From NCBI GenBank assembly GCA_049512935.1, contig JBEKWR010000002.1:32001-96000 (forward strand): 64,000 nt of DNA, in the 5' to 3' direction. How positions within the stretch are numbered: the first letter of the stretch is position 1; every line of letters starts with the position of its first letter. Of this stretch, positions 37,310 to 46,421 are shown piece after piece. The translations under genes and the position numbers were made by a program. Source of the stretch: Candidatus Bathyarchaeia archaeon (GTDB lineage: Archaea > Thermoproteota > Bathyarchaeia > Bathyarchaeales > Bathycorpusculaceae). The notes below the pieces were generated by a model that had not been told where the DNA came from, searched no databases, and saw only the letters and a program-made list of their open reading frames with translations.

Positions 37310-38086
37310 TTGGGGCAATCTTCGAGTCTTGGGCAGTTACGTAAGAAAGCGCCGCAGCTAATTGCCATAGCCATCGCCATAATCGTTGTCCTCTACTTCG
37401 TGCTTGACTTTTTGGATGACGTCGTCATCGAGGGCGCCCCAGTGACAAGCGAGCCCATCATCAGCCTCATCCTTTCCATAGTGCATGGTGTGACCTCAAC
37501 CGTGCGGGTTTTCGGGTACCCAGGCATCTTCGCTTTGATGCTGCTTGAAACAAGCTCAGTTCCTATTCCCAGCGAGGTTATTCTTCCTTTCGCGGGCTAC
37601 TTGAGCTTCATGGGGCAGCTTGACTTTTGGATGATTGTGGCAGTGGCGACCTTCGCAGGAATATTTGGGTCTTTAATCGACTACTACATCGGGTACAAAG
37701 GCGTCCAATCCCTCATCAAACATAAAATCTTGGGAAAAGTCATCCTTTCAGGAGCCCAACTGGAAGTCGCGGAGAAGTGGTTTGACAAAAACGGCGGCTT
37801 AATGGTTTTCACCAGCCGCCTCATTCCTGGCTTCCGAACCACCTTTTCGTTCCCAGCTGGGGCAGCGAAAATGCCGCTGAAAAAATTCCTTATCTTCACT
37901 ACTGCAGGATGCTTATTGTGGAACATAATTCTGGTTTATTTAGGCGTGTACCTCGGTCAAAACTGGACGCTGGTTGCTGGAGTATCTCGTTACATACTTG
38001 TGGCGGCTGTAGCGGGAGCGGCAGTTATAGTTGCAATCTACCTGCTTGTTAATAGAAGAAAAAAGGCAGCAGCAAAAACTATGTGA
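37310..38086 (+). CDS. DedA family membrane protein
   Basis: LETSSVPIPSEVILPFAG, GSLIDYYIG and RLIPGFRT. Confidence 0.93.
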   Translation: MGQSSSLGQLRKKAPQLIAIAIAIIVVLYFVLDFLDDVVIEGAPVTSEPIISLILSIVHGVTSTVRVFGYPGIFALMLLETSSVPIPSEVILPFAGYLSFMGQLDFWMIVAVATFAGIFGSLIDYYIGYKGVQSLIKHKILGKVILSGAQLEVAEKWFDKNGGLMVFTSRLIPGFRTTFSFPAGAAKMPLKKFLIFTTAGCLLWNIILVYLGVYLGQNWTLVAGVSRYILVAAVAGAAVIVAIYLLVNRRKKAAAKTM

Positions 38087-38110
38087 ACCCAACCCCGAAG
38101 GCAGTTAGCC

Positions 38111-39136
38111 TCATGTTAGTTTGGTGATTTGTGGTTTCACGTCGCCTTCTAACCCGAGGACTTTTGCTTCCTGAACCTGCAGCATGCAGTCAACGTTTGA
38201 GGCTTCGTTGAACGGCTTGTAATCAATCATGCTCAGGAATGCGGCGTCGATTGACACGGGCGAGTTGGACGCGAAGATGCCGACGTCTTTCATGACTGGT
38301 TCGCCGGGCATTGGCAGGCAGTCGCAGTAGGGCGTGATGTCTTTGGCGAAGCTGACAAATGATACCTTGCCGGCTTTGAAAGTCGATAGCACGCCGTAAG
38401 CGGCTGATGCAAGCGCCCTGAGGAAATCGTCTTGGTGAGTGAAACTTATAGCTTCCATGGGGCAGCCGTGCATGCACATTGGGCAACGCATACAAAGAGG
38501 CGACGTGTTGTGGGCTTTTCCCTCAACGATGTCGGGCAGATGCAACTCGCAAATTTCCTTACATTTGCCGCAGCCGACACATTTGGACTGGTCAATTTCG
38601 AGGCCCACGGTCCTATGCTGACGAAGTTTGCCTACGCCTGGGCAGCAGCCCATGCCGAGGTTTTTTATGGCTCCTCCGAAACCGCTGAGTTCATGACCCT
38701 TATCATGCGAAACAACAATCATGGCGTCGGCTTCCGCAATCATTCCTGACACCTCGATTTCGCTGAGAATTCCCTTTGTTGGGACGACTCGGTAGTTTTC
38801 GCCTTTCAACCCGTCTGCTGGGAAAAACGGCGCCATGCAAAAGCCGTTGGTTAACGCGTTGACTGTGTGGTCGTAGCCGTTGTGGCGGTTGGCATGGTAG
38901 AGCGTGTTGGAGTCGGTTAGAAAGGGTTTTCCGCCTGCCTCTTTAACCCTGCGAACTATCTCATGGACAAAAAACGGTTGGACATAGTATGGGTTCCCAA
39001 GCTCGCCTACATGCAATTTGACAGCGACGAGATCGCCTTTCGACACGCAGTCAAAGGTGCCTGCCTCATCGTAGAGGCGGTTTGCCTCCTCCAGCAGGTT
39101 ACGCGATGGGTCCCATGGAACTAAATGAACGGTCAT
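38111..39136 (-). CDS. DUF362 family Fe-S protein with ferredoxin insert
   Basis: VAVKLHVGE, PFLTDSNTLY, GGAIKNLGMG, CVGCGKC..C, CMRCPMC..C and PYCDC. Confidence 0.92.
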   Translation of the reverse strand: MTVHLVPWDPSRNLLEEANRLYDEAGTFDCVSKGDLVAVKLHVGELGNPYYVQPFFVHEIVRRVKEAGGKPFLTDSNTLYHANRHNGYDHTVNALTNGFCMAPFFPADGLKGENYRVVPTKGILSEIEVSGMIAEADAMIVVSHDKGHELSGFGGAIKNLGMGCCPGVGKLRQHRTVGLEIDQSKCVGCGKCKEICELHLPDIVEGKAHNTSPLCMRCPMCMHGCPMEAISFTHQDDFLRALASAAYGVLSTFKAGKVSFVSFAKDITPYCDCLPMPGEPVMKDVGIFASNSPVSIDAAFLSMIDYKPFNEASNVDCMLQVQEAKVLGLEGDVKPQITKLT

Positions 39137-39241
39137 GACTTTTTCACCTGCATTCTATCAGTCTACCAACTTAATATAAATATAATTCCATGGTTATGTG
39201 CTTAACCATTCAGGATAGAAAAAGGCGATCCTTTCAGGTCG

Positions 39242-40153
39242 TTGCGCAACTTGGGAACACTTGAATGCCACGGGTTAACGAAGGTTTACGAGGACCACCG
39301 CAAAGCCTTGGAGAACGTCACTTTCACAGTGGAAACCAGCGGCATCTTCGGGTTAATCGGCAGAAACGGCGCTGGAAAAACCACGCTTATCCGAATCCTC
39401 GCCACCGAGCTTCAACCCACCGCGGGAACCGCAAGCATCAACGGCTTTGACGTTCTAAAGCAGGAGGGTAGGTTGAGGGAGAAAATTGCGATTGTCCCTC
39501 AGGAAGCCAGGGTCATAAGGTGGATGACAGCTAAACAAGCTGTTTTATCGTATCTTCTTTGGCGTGGTTACAGCTACGGGGATGGGAAGAAGCTTGCCGA
39601 CGAGTCGCTTGCGAAGCTTGGGTTGCAAGAATACGCTAACGTTTTGACCAGCAAACTTTCGGGTGGCACAAAAAGAAAAGTTCTGATAGCAATGGTCATG
39701 GCATCAGAAGCAGAAATAATTTTTCTCGATGAACCCACAACGGGTTTGGACCCGATTTCAAGGCGGGAGCTATGGGAGATTCTTCGAACGCTGGGCAAAG
39801 AGCGGTTTATTTTTCTTACAACTCACTACCTTGAAGAGGCAGAGCAACTTGCGGATAAGATCGCGATTCTTAAGGATGGAAAATTGGTTTCACTCGGGAC
39901 TCTTGCAGAGCTCAGAAAAACCGCAAAATACCAGTACAGCATCAAACTGCCTCCTAAAGTTCAGGTTCCCCTGTTGAAAGACGCAGAGGTCACCACGGAC
40001 AAAACAGGGGTCACGCAGATTATGACCAACGAGGATGAAGCGTTCCGTTTAGCCAAGACGTTTGCTGAGCAATCGGTAAAGTTCTCGATTACACCCGTCA
40101 CTTTGGATGACATTTTCTTCTACCTTGTCGGGCAAAAAGCGAGGGATGAATAA
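39242..40153 (+). CDS. ABC transporter ATP-binding subunit
   Basis: GRNGAGKT, LSGG, LDEPTTGLDP and TTHYLEEAE. Confidence 0.93.
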   Translation: MRNLGTLECHGLTKVYEDHRKALENVTFTVETSGIFGLIGRNGAGKTTLIRILATELQPTAGTASINGFDVLKQEGRLREKIAIVPQEARVIRWMTAKQAVLSYLLWRGYSYGDGKKLADESLAKLGLQEYANVLTSKLSGGTKRKVLIAMVMASEAEIIFLDEPTTGLDPISRRELWEILRTLGKERFIFLTTHYLEEAEQLADKIAILKDGKLVSLGTLAELRKTAKYQYSIKLPPKVQVPLLKDAEVTTDKTGVTQIMTNEDEAFRLAKTFAEQSVKFSITPVTLDDIFFYLVGQKARDE

Positions 40154-40897
40154 CTGAAACGCAGTAAACTCAGCCAAATTCTAGCTGGAATTCTGGTAAA
40201 TGCCATTTACGAAATGGTAAACTACCCTATCGTTTTGTTAAGTGCTGTTATCGCCCCGTTTTCGATTCTTATTGTAATTACCTTCGTAAGCCATGGCGCT
40301 CTTTTCGGAACTGCGATTGAAGGCGGGTTGATAATGACTTTCTTTTCAGCGGGAATTTCACTTCAATCGGACCTTTCCCACTTAAAAAACGACTTCAAGC
40401 TTCAAGACATGATTGTGAGTTCGCCGACAAGCCCAGCCTTATACATGACGGGGATGACTCTTGCGGAGATAGTTTACTCAATCCCTTCTTTAGCTATCCT
40501 TCTTGTGCTTGCAGGAATCTACTTGCAGCATTCGCTTCTTCAAATAGCAATCTTATCCCTTGCGTTATTGCTGATGTTTGCTATTTCAGTGGCTTTAGGC
40601 TTTATGCTGTCCACGTTCTCAAATGATGTGGTTCAGAGCTACGCGTTCTCCAGGTTGCTTTCGCTCCTGTTTACCACGGTGCCGCCAGTTTACTATCCGA
40701 TAACCTATGTTCCTGCGCTGTACAGATACATCGCTTACCTGTCGCCGACAACGTATGTGGCGGAAATCATACAGTCAGCAACCGGCTATCTTACAATTCC
40801 AGTCAGCCTGGTAATTTTGGATTGGGTAGTTCTTTCTGTGGTGTGCGCCGTAATATTGTTCATCGCTTACAAGAAGACAAGATGGAAGGACGTTTAG
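40154..40897 (+). CDS. ABC-2 permease (start CTG 40154 or ATG 40214)
   Basis: Six TM helices, PPVYYP. The frame is open back to a CTG immediately after the ATPase stop. Confidence 0.85.
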   Translation: MKRSKLSQILAGILVNAIYEMVNYPIVLLSAVIAPFSILIVITFVSHGALFGTAIEGGLIMTFFSAGISLQSDLSHLKNDFKLQDMIVSSPTSPALYMTGMTLAEIVYSIPSLAILLVLAGIYLQHSLLQIAILSLALLLMFAISVALGFMLSTFSNDVVQSYAFSRLLSLLFTTVPPVYYPITYVPALYRYIAYLSPTTYVAEIIQSATGYLTIPVSLVILDWVVLSVVCAVILFIAYKKTRWKDV

Positions 40898-40901
40898 GGG
40901 C

Positions 40902-41153
40902 TCAGTATTTTTTTCCTACGCTCAGCTTCTTCAGAGCTTCGGCGGCGTCGGCTTCGCTGTCCGCCAGGATGTTGATCCACAGTTCGAATTCGGCTTTGGA
41001 GATTTCCTTCTGGATGACGCCTTTTTGGTCGCCTGAAAAAAACCTTGACGGCTGGGCGGCGAAGAGTTTGACGTAGAAGATTCTGTCGGCGATTGTGATT
41101 TTTGAGCTGCAGCCTGTTTTTTCGCCTGCGGCGTAGTCGACTTCGTTGCCCAT
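40902..41153 (-). CDS. Hypothetical protein (83 aa)
   Basis: MGNEVDYAAGE...EFELWINIL; protein-like composition; convergent with the permease. Confidence 0.55.
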   Translation of the reverse strand: MGNEVDYAAGEKTGCSSKITIADRIFYVKLFAAQPSRFFSGDQKGVIQKEISKAEFELWINILADSEADAAEALKKLSVGKKY

Positions 41154-41275
41154 GTTTGACCCGCATTTGAGAAGCGCTGGTTTGTTACTTAAGTTTTCTC
41201 TTCCGCAAACCCGATTTTCCCTGAACGCTTCAGCCCGCAGCCAACCCAACTTGAATCCTGCAAGCTGGACGCGAA

Positions 41276-41330
41276 GGGTCGAAAAGGGTCACTTTGGGTC
41301 GGGATGGGTCATTTAGGGTCGAAAAGGGTC
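41276..41330. repeat. Six GGGTC pentamers at exact 10-nt period
   Basis: GGGTC starts at 41276, 41286, 41296, 41306, 41316 and 41326, with variable 5-nt spacers. Confidence 0.9.
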
Positions 41331-41417
41331 GTGACTTACAAACGCTTCAAGCCCCAACCGTGGCAAGCAACCCAAAACGCAAACAACAAAAAACCAACCC
41401 ACCCCCAACGACTCCGC

Positions 41418-41456
41418 CTATAGATTCTATATAGATTATCAAGTTAATCTCTATAG
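41418..41456. promoter_or_regulatory. Candidate Pho-box-like CTATA(TA)G motifs
   Basis: CTATAG at 41418, TCTATATAGA at 41426-41435, CTATAG at 41451. Confidence 0.5.
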
Positions 41457-41506
41457 GAGCGACCATGCATTTACTCTTTTGAACATGCGGAAGAGGTGAA
41501 AAAAGA

Positions 41507-41680
41507 ATGCTCTCAAGAGACTGCGACGGCTGCACCATGCTCAAAGAATGCAGCGTACGCTACAAAAAAGCCCTCAAAGGCGACAAGGTTTACTGCCCAG
41601 ACGGCACGGCTCACCTGATCGACAGGCACAGCATAAAGCAAGGAAACGACGTGATCTGCTTCTTTGAAGCGTTTCAATAG
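41507..41680 (+). CDS. 57-aa CxxC-x5-C...VYCPDGTxH microprotein, paralogue 2 (not in ORF track)
   Basis: GAGGTGA SD at 41493-41499; MLSRDCDGCTMLKECSVRYKKALKGDKVYCPDGTAHLIDRHSIKQGNDVICFFEAFQ. Confidence 0.82.
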   Translation: MLSRDCDGCTMLKECSVRYKKALKGDKVYCPDGTAHLIDRHSIKQGNDVICFFEAFQ

Positions 41681-41788
41681 CGCAAAAAACCCAAAAACGG
41701 CTTAGCTGACGGGCGAAACCTTGACTAAAGTATTTATTTTAGGTATTTCGGCTTTTTTGGTTCTTAAACTTGGTAACACCTAACTTTT

Positions 41789-41827
41789 TATATAGAGGTA
41801 CTCCATAAAATATATAGTCTATATAGA
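41789..41827. promoter_or_regulatory. Candidate Pho-box-like motifs upstream of the AbrB-PhoU regulator
   Basis: TATATAGA at 41789; TATATAGTCTATATAGA at 41811-41827. Confidence 0.55.
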
Positions 41828-41868
41828 GTTACCTAATATAATTAGGCATCAATAGAAAACATAACTGT

Positions 41869-42927
41869 GTGCAACCCTTGACTAAGGAAATCGAAAAGCA
41901 AAACGAGGAACAACGAAAGCTCCAAGTGACAGGCGGATCAACATTCATACTCTCCCTGCCCAAGGAATGGGCCATCCGAAACGAACTCAAAAGAGGAAGC
42001 TCAATGGTGGTCCGCGAAGAAGACGACGGGTCACTATGCGTTGCGCCTTCAAAATTTGTCAAAAAAGAAAGGCAGGACGAAGCCTTCATCAAAGCGTCAA
42101 CGAGCGATAACCCCGACGCCGTTATGAGAACAGCGATTTCAGCCTACTTGGACGGCTACAACATCCTGCACATCAGAGCGCCCAGCCAAAAGGTGCTGTC
42201 AACCAAGGTTCGAAATCACCTTAAAAATTTTGCCAGACATTACCTGGTCGGAACCGAAATCGTAATTGACACGCCGACGGATTTGACTCTTCAGGTGCTT
42301 CTTAACTACCCTGAACTTACGGTTCAGAACGCGCTGAGTCGAATGTCGATAATAGCCTCATCCATGCATAAAGAAGCCTTAGCCGCGTTGACAAAACTGG
42401 ATTATACAGCAGCAAAATCCGTCATTGAGACCGACCGCGAAGTAAATCGGTTCGGGCTGTACATAGTCAGGCTTTTGAAGCTGGCGGTTTCAAACCCGCG
42501 GATCGTAAAGGAAATCGGTTTGAACTCGCAGAGAGACTGCTTGGGCTACAGGCTTATTGGGAAATCCGTTGAGAGAACCGCAGACCACGCAACCAAAATT
42601 GCCGAAAACACGCTTTGCCTAAAGGAACAGGTGAACGCGGAGCTTTTGGGAAAGATCGGCGAGTTAAGCGGCTTGGCCATTTCAATGTTTGAAAATTCGA
42701 TGGATGCCCTGTTTAGGCGAGACTTTAACTTGGCTGAGTCAGTAATCGAAAAACTGGGTCAGGTGCATAAACTTGAGAAGGAAACGGTGCTTTCCATGCA
42801 GAACACCAAGACGGAAGACGCCGTTAACCTCAGACTGATCATAGAAAGTGTGCGGAGAACGGCGGAGTACGCTAGCGACATATCCGAGGTTGTCCTAAAC
42901 CTAAACGTTGAAACCGTTCTGGGATAA
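41869..42927 (+). CDS. Phosphate uptake regulator (AbrB N-terminal domain plus PhoU repeats)
   Basis: RKLQVTGGSTFILSLPKEW; DREVNRF, SVERTADHA and SVRRTAEYA PhoU motifs. Confidence 0.92.
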   Translation: MQPLTKEIEKQNEEQRKLQVTGGSTFILSLPKEWAIRNELKRGSSMVVREEDDGSLCVAPSKFVKKERQDEAFIKASTSDNPDAVMRTAISAYLDGYNILHIRAPSQKVLSTKVRNHLKNFARHYLVGTEIVIDTPTDLTLQVLLNYPELTVQNALSRMSIIASSMHKEALAALTKLDYTAAKSVIETDREVNRFGLYIVRLLKLAVSNPRIVKEIGLNSQRDCLGYRLIGKSVERTADHATKIAENTLCLKEQVNAELLGKIGELSGLAISMFENSMDALFRRDFNLAESVIEKLGQVHKLEKETVLSMQNTKTEDAVNLRLIIESVRRTAEYASDISEVVLNLNVETVLG

Positions 42928-43038
42928 TTCATAAAATGGGTTCCCTAACTTTGAAAAAGCAAGTTCTTGCTGTTGTAAGAGATTAAATAGTCTGGGTAAC
43001 CCCGCTTTTACATGGACCCTTGATTTCTTTTTCGAGCG

Positions 43039-43704
43039 CTACCTCAACGTCACTTTTTCGCCCGTCGCAATGTAAACCACGGCTTCCATAATATGCATGG
43101 CGTGATCTGCGATGCGTTCAAGGTACCTTACGACAAGCACGCTGGAGATGGTACACTCGTTTGTGACGCCCGCCTGCTCCACAAGTTTGTCCAGATACTC
43201 AAAGTACGCCTTATCAACCGAGTCTTCAGCTTGAGTCATCGTTTTAACAAGTTCGGGGTTAAGCTTTCTCAGCGAGCTTATGCTTACCCTGACCATTTCG
43301 AGCACTTTCTCAGCGAGTTTACCGATGTAATCAAAAATCCACTTGTCGCAGTTGATGGTTTTCCCGTTGAAACGCGTTCCGATGAAGGATATGTCCCAGC
43401 CATACCTGCCGTAACGTTCAAAATCGTAGGCGACCTTCATGTAGGAGTTTATGATTCTCAAGTCAGAGGCAACTGGCTGATACCTAGCTATCAAGCCGAA
43501 AGCTTTCTCCTCAACTTCCACAGTCCTATTTACAAGAATTTCCGCGAGTTCATGAACGTCTTTTGAAACGTCTTTGCCATCGATAAAACCGCCCAGCGAT
43601 ATAGCCAAGGCTTTCTCGGCGACTCCGCCCATCTTGTAAACCAACACGGTTAATTCTTCTAATCCAGCATCCAATAGTCTTTGCATGTTACTCAATTTAA
43701 CCAA
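43039..43704 (-). CDS. phoU: Phosphate signalling protein PhoU
   Basis: [18 protein letters not shown] and [10 protein letters not shown]; overlaps the end of pstB. Confidence 0.92.
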   Translation of the reverse strand: MVKLSNMQRLLDAGLEELTVLVYKMGGVAEKALAISLGGFIDGKDVSKDVHELAEILVNRTVEVEEKAFGLIARYQPVASDLRIINSYMKVAYDFERYGRYGWDISFIGTRFNGKTINCDKWIFDYIGKLAEKVLEMVRVSISSLRKLNPELVKTMTQAEDSVDKAYFEYLDKLVEQAGVTNECTISSVLVVRYLERIADHAMHIMEAVVYIATGEKVTLR

Positions 43705-44479
43705 ACTTCCCCGTTATGTATTTTTCTGTTAACTCGCTCTGCGGGTTCTCAAACACCCTCGCCGTTTCCCCGAATTCTTCCAGTTTTCCAAGGTACATGA
43801 AGGCCGTGTAGTCGGAGACGCGTGCAGCCTGCTGAAGATTATGCGTCACAATAATGACTGTGAACTCTTTCTTGAGTTCAAAAATTGATTCCTCGACCTT
43901 GGCTGTGGCGATTGGATCAAGAGCGGAACAAGGCTCATCCATGAGGAGTATTTCAGGCTGCACCGCAAGAGCCCGCGCTATACAAAGCCTCTGCTGCTGC
44001 CCGCCTGAAAGAGCAGTTCCAGGCTTCTTCAAGTCGCCCTTGACTTCATCCCACAAGAACGCCATTCGAAGGCTCTTTTCCGCCAGCTCATTAAGCTTCT
44101 TTTTGTCTCTTACCCCGTTGAGTTTTAGGCCTGCCACGGCATTGTCGAAAATGGACATAGTGGGAAACGGGTTAGGCTTCTGAAAAACCATGCCGATCCT
44201 TCTGCGAATAGCCACTGGGTCCACGTTTGGCGCGTAGATGTTTACTCCGTCCAAGATGACTTCGCCCTCGACTTTTGCGCCTGGCGTCAACTCATGAATT
44301 CTGTTTAAACACCTGATTAGGGTGCTTTTTCCGCATCCTGATGGACCCATAACGGCGGTTACTCGGTTTTCAGGGAACCTTAGGTTGATTCCTTTGAGCG
44401 CCTGCACCTTGCCGTATATAGCCTTCAAGTCTCTTGTCTCCAGCTTTGCGAGAGACAAATCTTGGCTGTTTTTGCTCAA
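43697..44479 (-). CDS. pstB: Phosphate ABC transporter ATPase
   Basis: [32 protein letters not shown] and YITGKFG. Confidence 0.97.
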   Translation of the reverse strand: MSKNSQDLSLAKLETRDLKAIYGKVQALKGINLRFPENRVTAVMGPSGCGKSTLIRCLNRIHELTPGAKVEGEVILDGVNIYAPNVDPVAIRRRIGMVFQKPNPFPTMSIFDNAVAGLKLNGVRDKKKLNELAEKSLRMAFLWDEVKGDLKKPGTALSGGQQQRLCIARALAVQPEILLMDEPCSALDPIATAKVEESIFELKKEFTVIIVTHNLQQAARVSDYTAFMYLGKLEEFGETARVFENPQSELTEKYITGKFG

Positions 44480-44538
44480 GTTCAGTCAATCCTCCCGAAG
44501 TTTACGTTGCGAGTTATCTTTTGAAATTCTGCCACTGT

Positions 44539-45414
44539 TTACTCCATCCTTGCCTCTGTTAAGTTTCTTCCTATAACAATTTTAACAAAAAGGTTCAATC
44601 CAAGCATTATAAGTATAAGAACCAAAGCTGCGCCCCACGCTTGAGTAACCCAGGTTGCATAAGGGGAAGTAGCGTAATTGTAGATTAGAACGGTCATAGA
44701 ACCAGTTGGCTGCGTAAACAGATTTGTGATGTAATAAGTGCTTGTCGCTGCCGTAAACAGTAACGGCGCCGTCTCTCCAGTTGCTCTGGCAATCGCCAAC
44801 ACTACACCAGTCAAAAGCCCAGTTTTCCCTGTGCTTATGACGATTCTGAAGATGGTTTTCCATCTTGGAACTCCCAGAGCCATTGAGGCTTCCCTTAACG
44901 TGTTAGGAACCAACTTCAGAGATTCATCTGTTGTCCTGGCGACTATCGGCAGCATTATGAAACTTAAAGCGACTGCGCCTGCAAAGGCAGAATAATGTTT
45001 CGTGTTCAGTACAATTATGATATAGACGAAAAGCCCTATAACCATCGAAGGGAACCCTGTTAGAACGTCGTTCATGAAACCTGAAATTGTGGATAGCTTA
45101 GATGAAGACCATTCTGAGAAAAAGATTCCTGCGCCAACCCCGATTGGCACGGAGATAAGGGCTGCTAAACCAACCATGGTGAAGCTTCCTGCTACGGCGC
45201 TGGCTATTCCGCCGCCTGAAAATGTAGGTCCCGTTGGCAAATGGGTTAAGAAATCTATGTTTATCGCTGGTGCTCCCTTTATCGCAACGTCTCCTAATAT
45301 TAGGATGAGGGGAACAACTGCAAGAAGCACGGCGACAATTATCAAAATAAACATTAACCTATTGACAATTTTTCGCCAAAGCGAAATACCCAGTGGCAAA
45401 TCAGTTCTTTCCAA
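44539..45414 (-). CDS. pstA: Phosphate ABC transporter permease PstA
   Basis: REASMALG, ARATGETAPL and AWGAALVL; AGGAGG SD before TTG at 45414. Confidence 0.93.
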   Translation of the reverse strand: MERTDLPLGISLWRKIVNRLMFILIIVAVLLAVVPLILILGDVAIKGAPAINIDFLTHLPTGPTFSGGGIASAVAGSFTMVGLAALISVPIGVGAGIFFSEWSSSKLSTISGFMNDVLTGFPSMVIGLFVYIIIVLNTKHYSAFAGAVALSFIMLPIVARTTDESLKLVPNTLREASMALGVPRWKTIFRIVISTGKTGLLTGVVLAIARATGETAPLLFTAATSTYYITNLFTQPTGSMTVLIYNYATSPYATWVTQAWGAALVLILIMLGLNLFVKIVIGRNLTEARME

Positions 45415-45428
45415 AAAAGCGTCCTCCT

Positions 45429-46352
45429 TCAAATCTTTTTCTGGGTGCCACGGGTCATCCTCCAAAGCAAAAGTCGAGCTAACACATTGATTATTAAGGT
45501 GACAGCAAACAGGATCAACGCAACCTCAATAATCGCAGACCGATAAATTCCTGTTGCTTCACCAAACTGGTTCGCAATCAGCGCCGACAAAGTGTAACCA
45601 GGTGTAAAAAGACTTGGTGTAATCTTAGCGACATTTCCGATAACCATAACAACCGCCATAGTTTCGCCAACAGCCCGTCCCAAACCAAGAACGAACGCAC
45701 CAAAAATCCCTGACCGCGCATAGGGTAAGACGCTTTTCTGGGTAACTTCCCAGTCCGTAGCGCCAAGCGAGTACATGGCTTCCCGCTGACTGTTTGGAAC
45801 AGCACTCAGGACATCCCTTGAAACTGCTGACATCGTTGGGATTATCATTATTGCCAGAATAACTCCTGCGGTGAAAAAACTTGTCTGATAAGGAGTCCCA
45901 GCAAATAAGGGGATGAAACCGAGTGAAAGGTGTAAGGGTTTTTCAACGTACGTGTATAAGAGGGGAGCTAAGATAAAGAGCCCCCAGAGACCGTAAATTA
46001 CGCTTGGCACCGCCGCGAGAAGATCAACCAATGTGCCCAGTGTGTAACCCAGACCTCGATGACTTTTGAGTCTTTCAGAAATAAAGATAGCCACGCCAAG
46101 GCTAATTGGGAGTCCGATGAGTATTGCAATGGCTGACGTTAATAAAGTTCCATAAATAAAGGGTAAAGCGCCGTAAATATTGTGAGATGGATCCCAAGTT
46201 GACCCAGTTAAAAAGCTGAATCCAAATTCGTTTATTGAGGCGGCTGAACCTGAGAAGAGTTCTACTGCAAGGGCAACAAGAAGAGCTATGACGAAGAAGG
46301 CTGCTGCTGCAAGAACTATTTTTACTACTGTATCGCCTCTTACCAGCGTGAT
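45429..46352 (-). CDS. pstC: Phosphate ABC transporter permease PstC (apparently non-canonical start)
   Basis: AVPSVIYGLWG, LGATDWE and RAVGETMAV. The frame extends 84-86 codons upstream of the annotated GTG, encoding TM1 and FLTGSTWDP..YGALPFIYGTL. Confidence 0.92.
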   Translation of the reverse strand: MTLVRGDTVVKIVLAAAAFFVIALLVALAVELFSGSAASINEFGFSFLTGSTWDPSHNIYGALPFIYGTLLTSAIAILIGLPISLGVAIFISERLKSHRGLGYTLGTLVDLLAAVPSVIYGLWGLFILAPLLYTYVEKPLHLSLGFIPLFAGTPYQTSFFTAGVILAIMIIPTMSAVSRDVLSAVPNSQREAMYSLGATDWEVTQKSVLPYARSGIFGAFVLGLGRAVGETMAVVMVIGNVAKITPSLFTPGYTLSALIANQFGEATGIYRSAIIEVALILFAVTLIINVLARLLLWRMTRGTQKKI

Positions 46353-46421
46353 ATGTACTTCGCCTCCTCAGTTTTTTGTTAATCGCAATACAAAAAAATA
46401 AGGAAAAGATTGTTTTTAAAT

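Noticed and set aside
37078-37380. 101-aa N-terminal extension of the 283-aa ORF
   Set aside because: Overlaps the dedA start and the divergent promoter region; composition is not protein-like.
41276-41330. Repeat-spacer pattern considered as a CRISPR array
   Set aside because: 5-nt repeats and 5-nt spacers are far too short; no cas genes or true array seen in the window.
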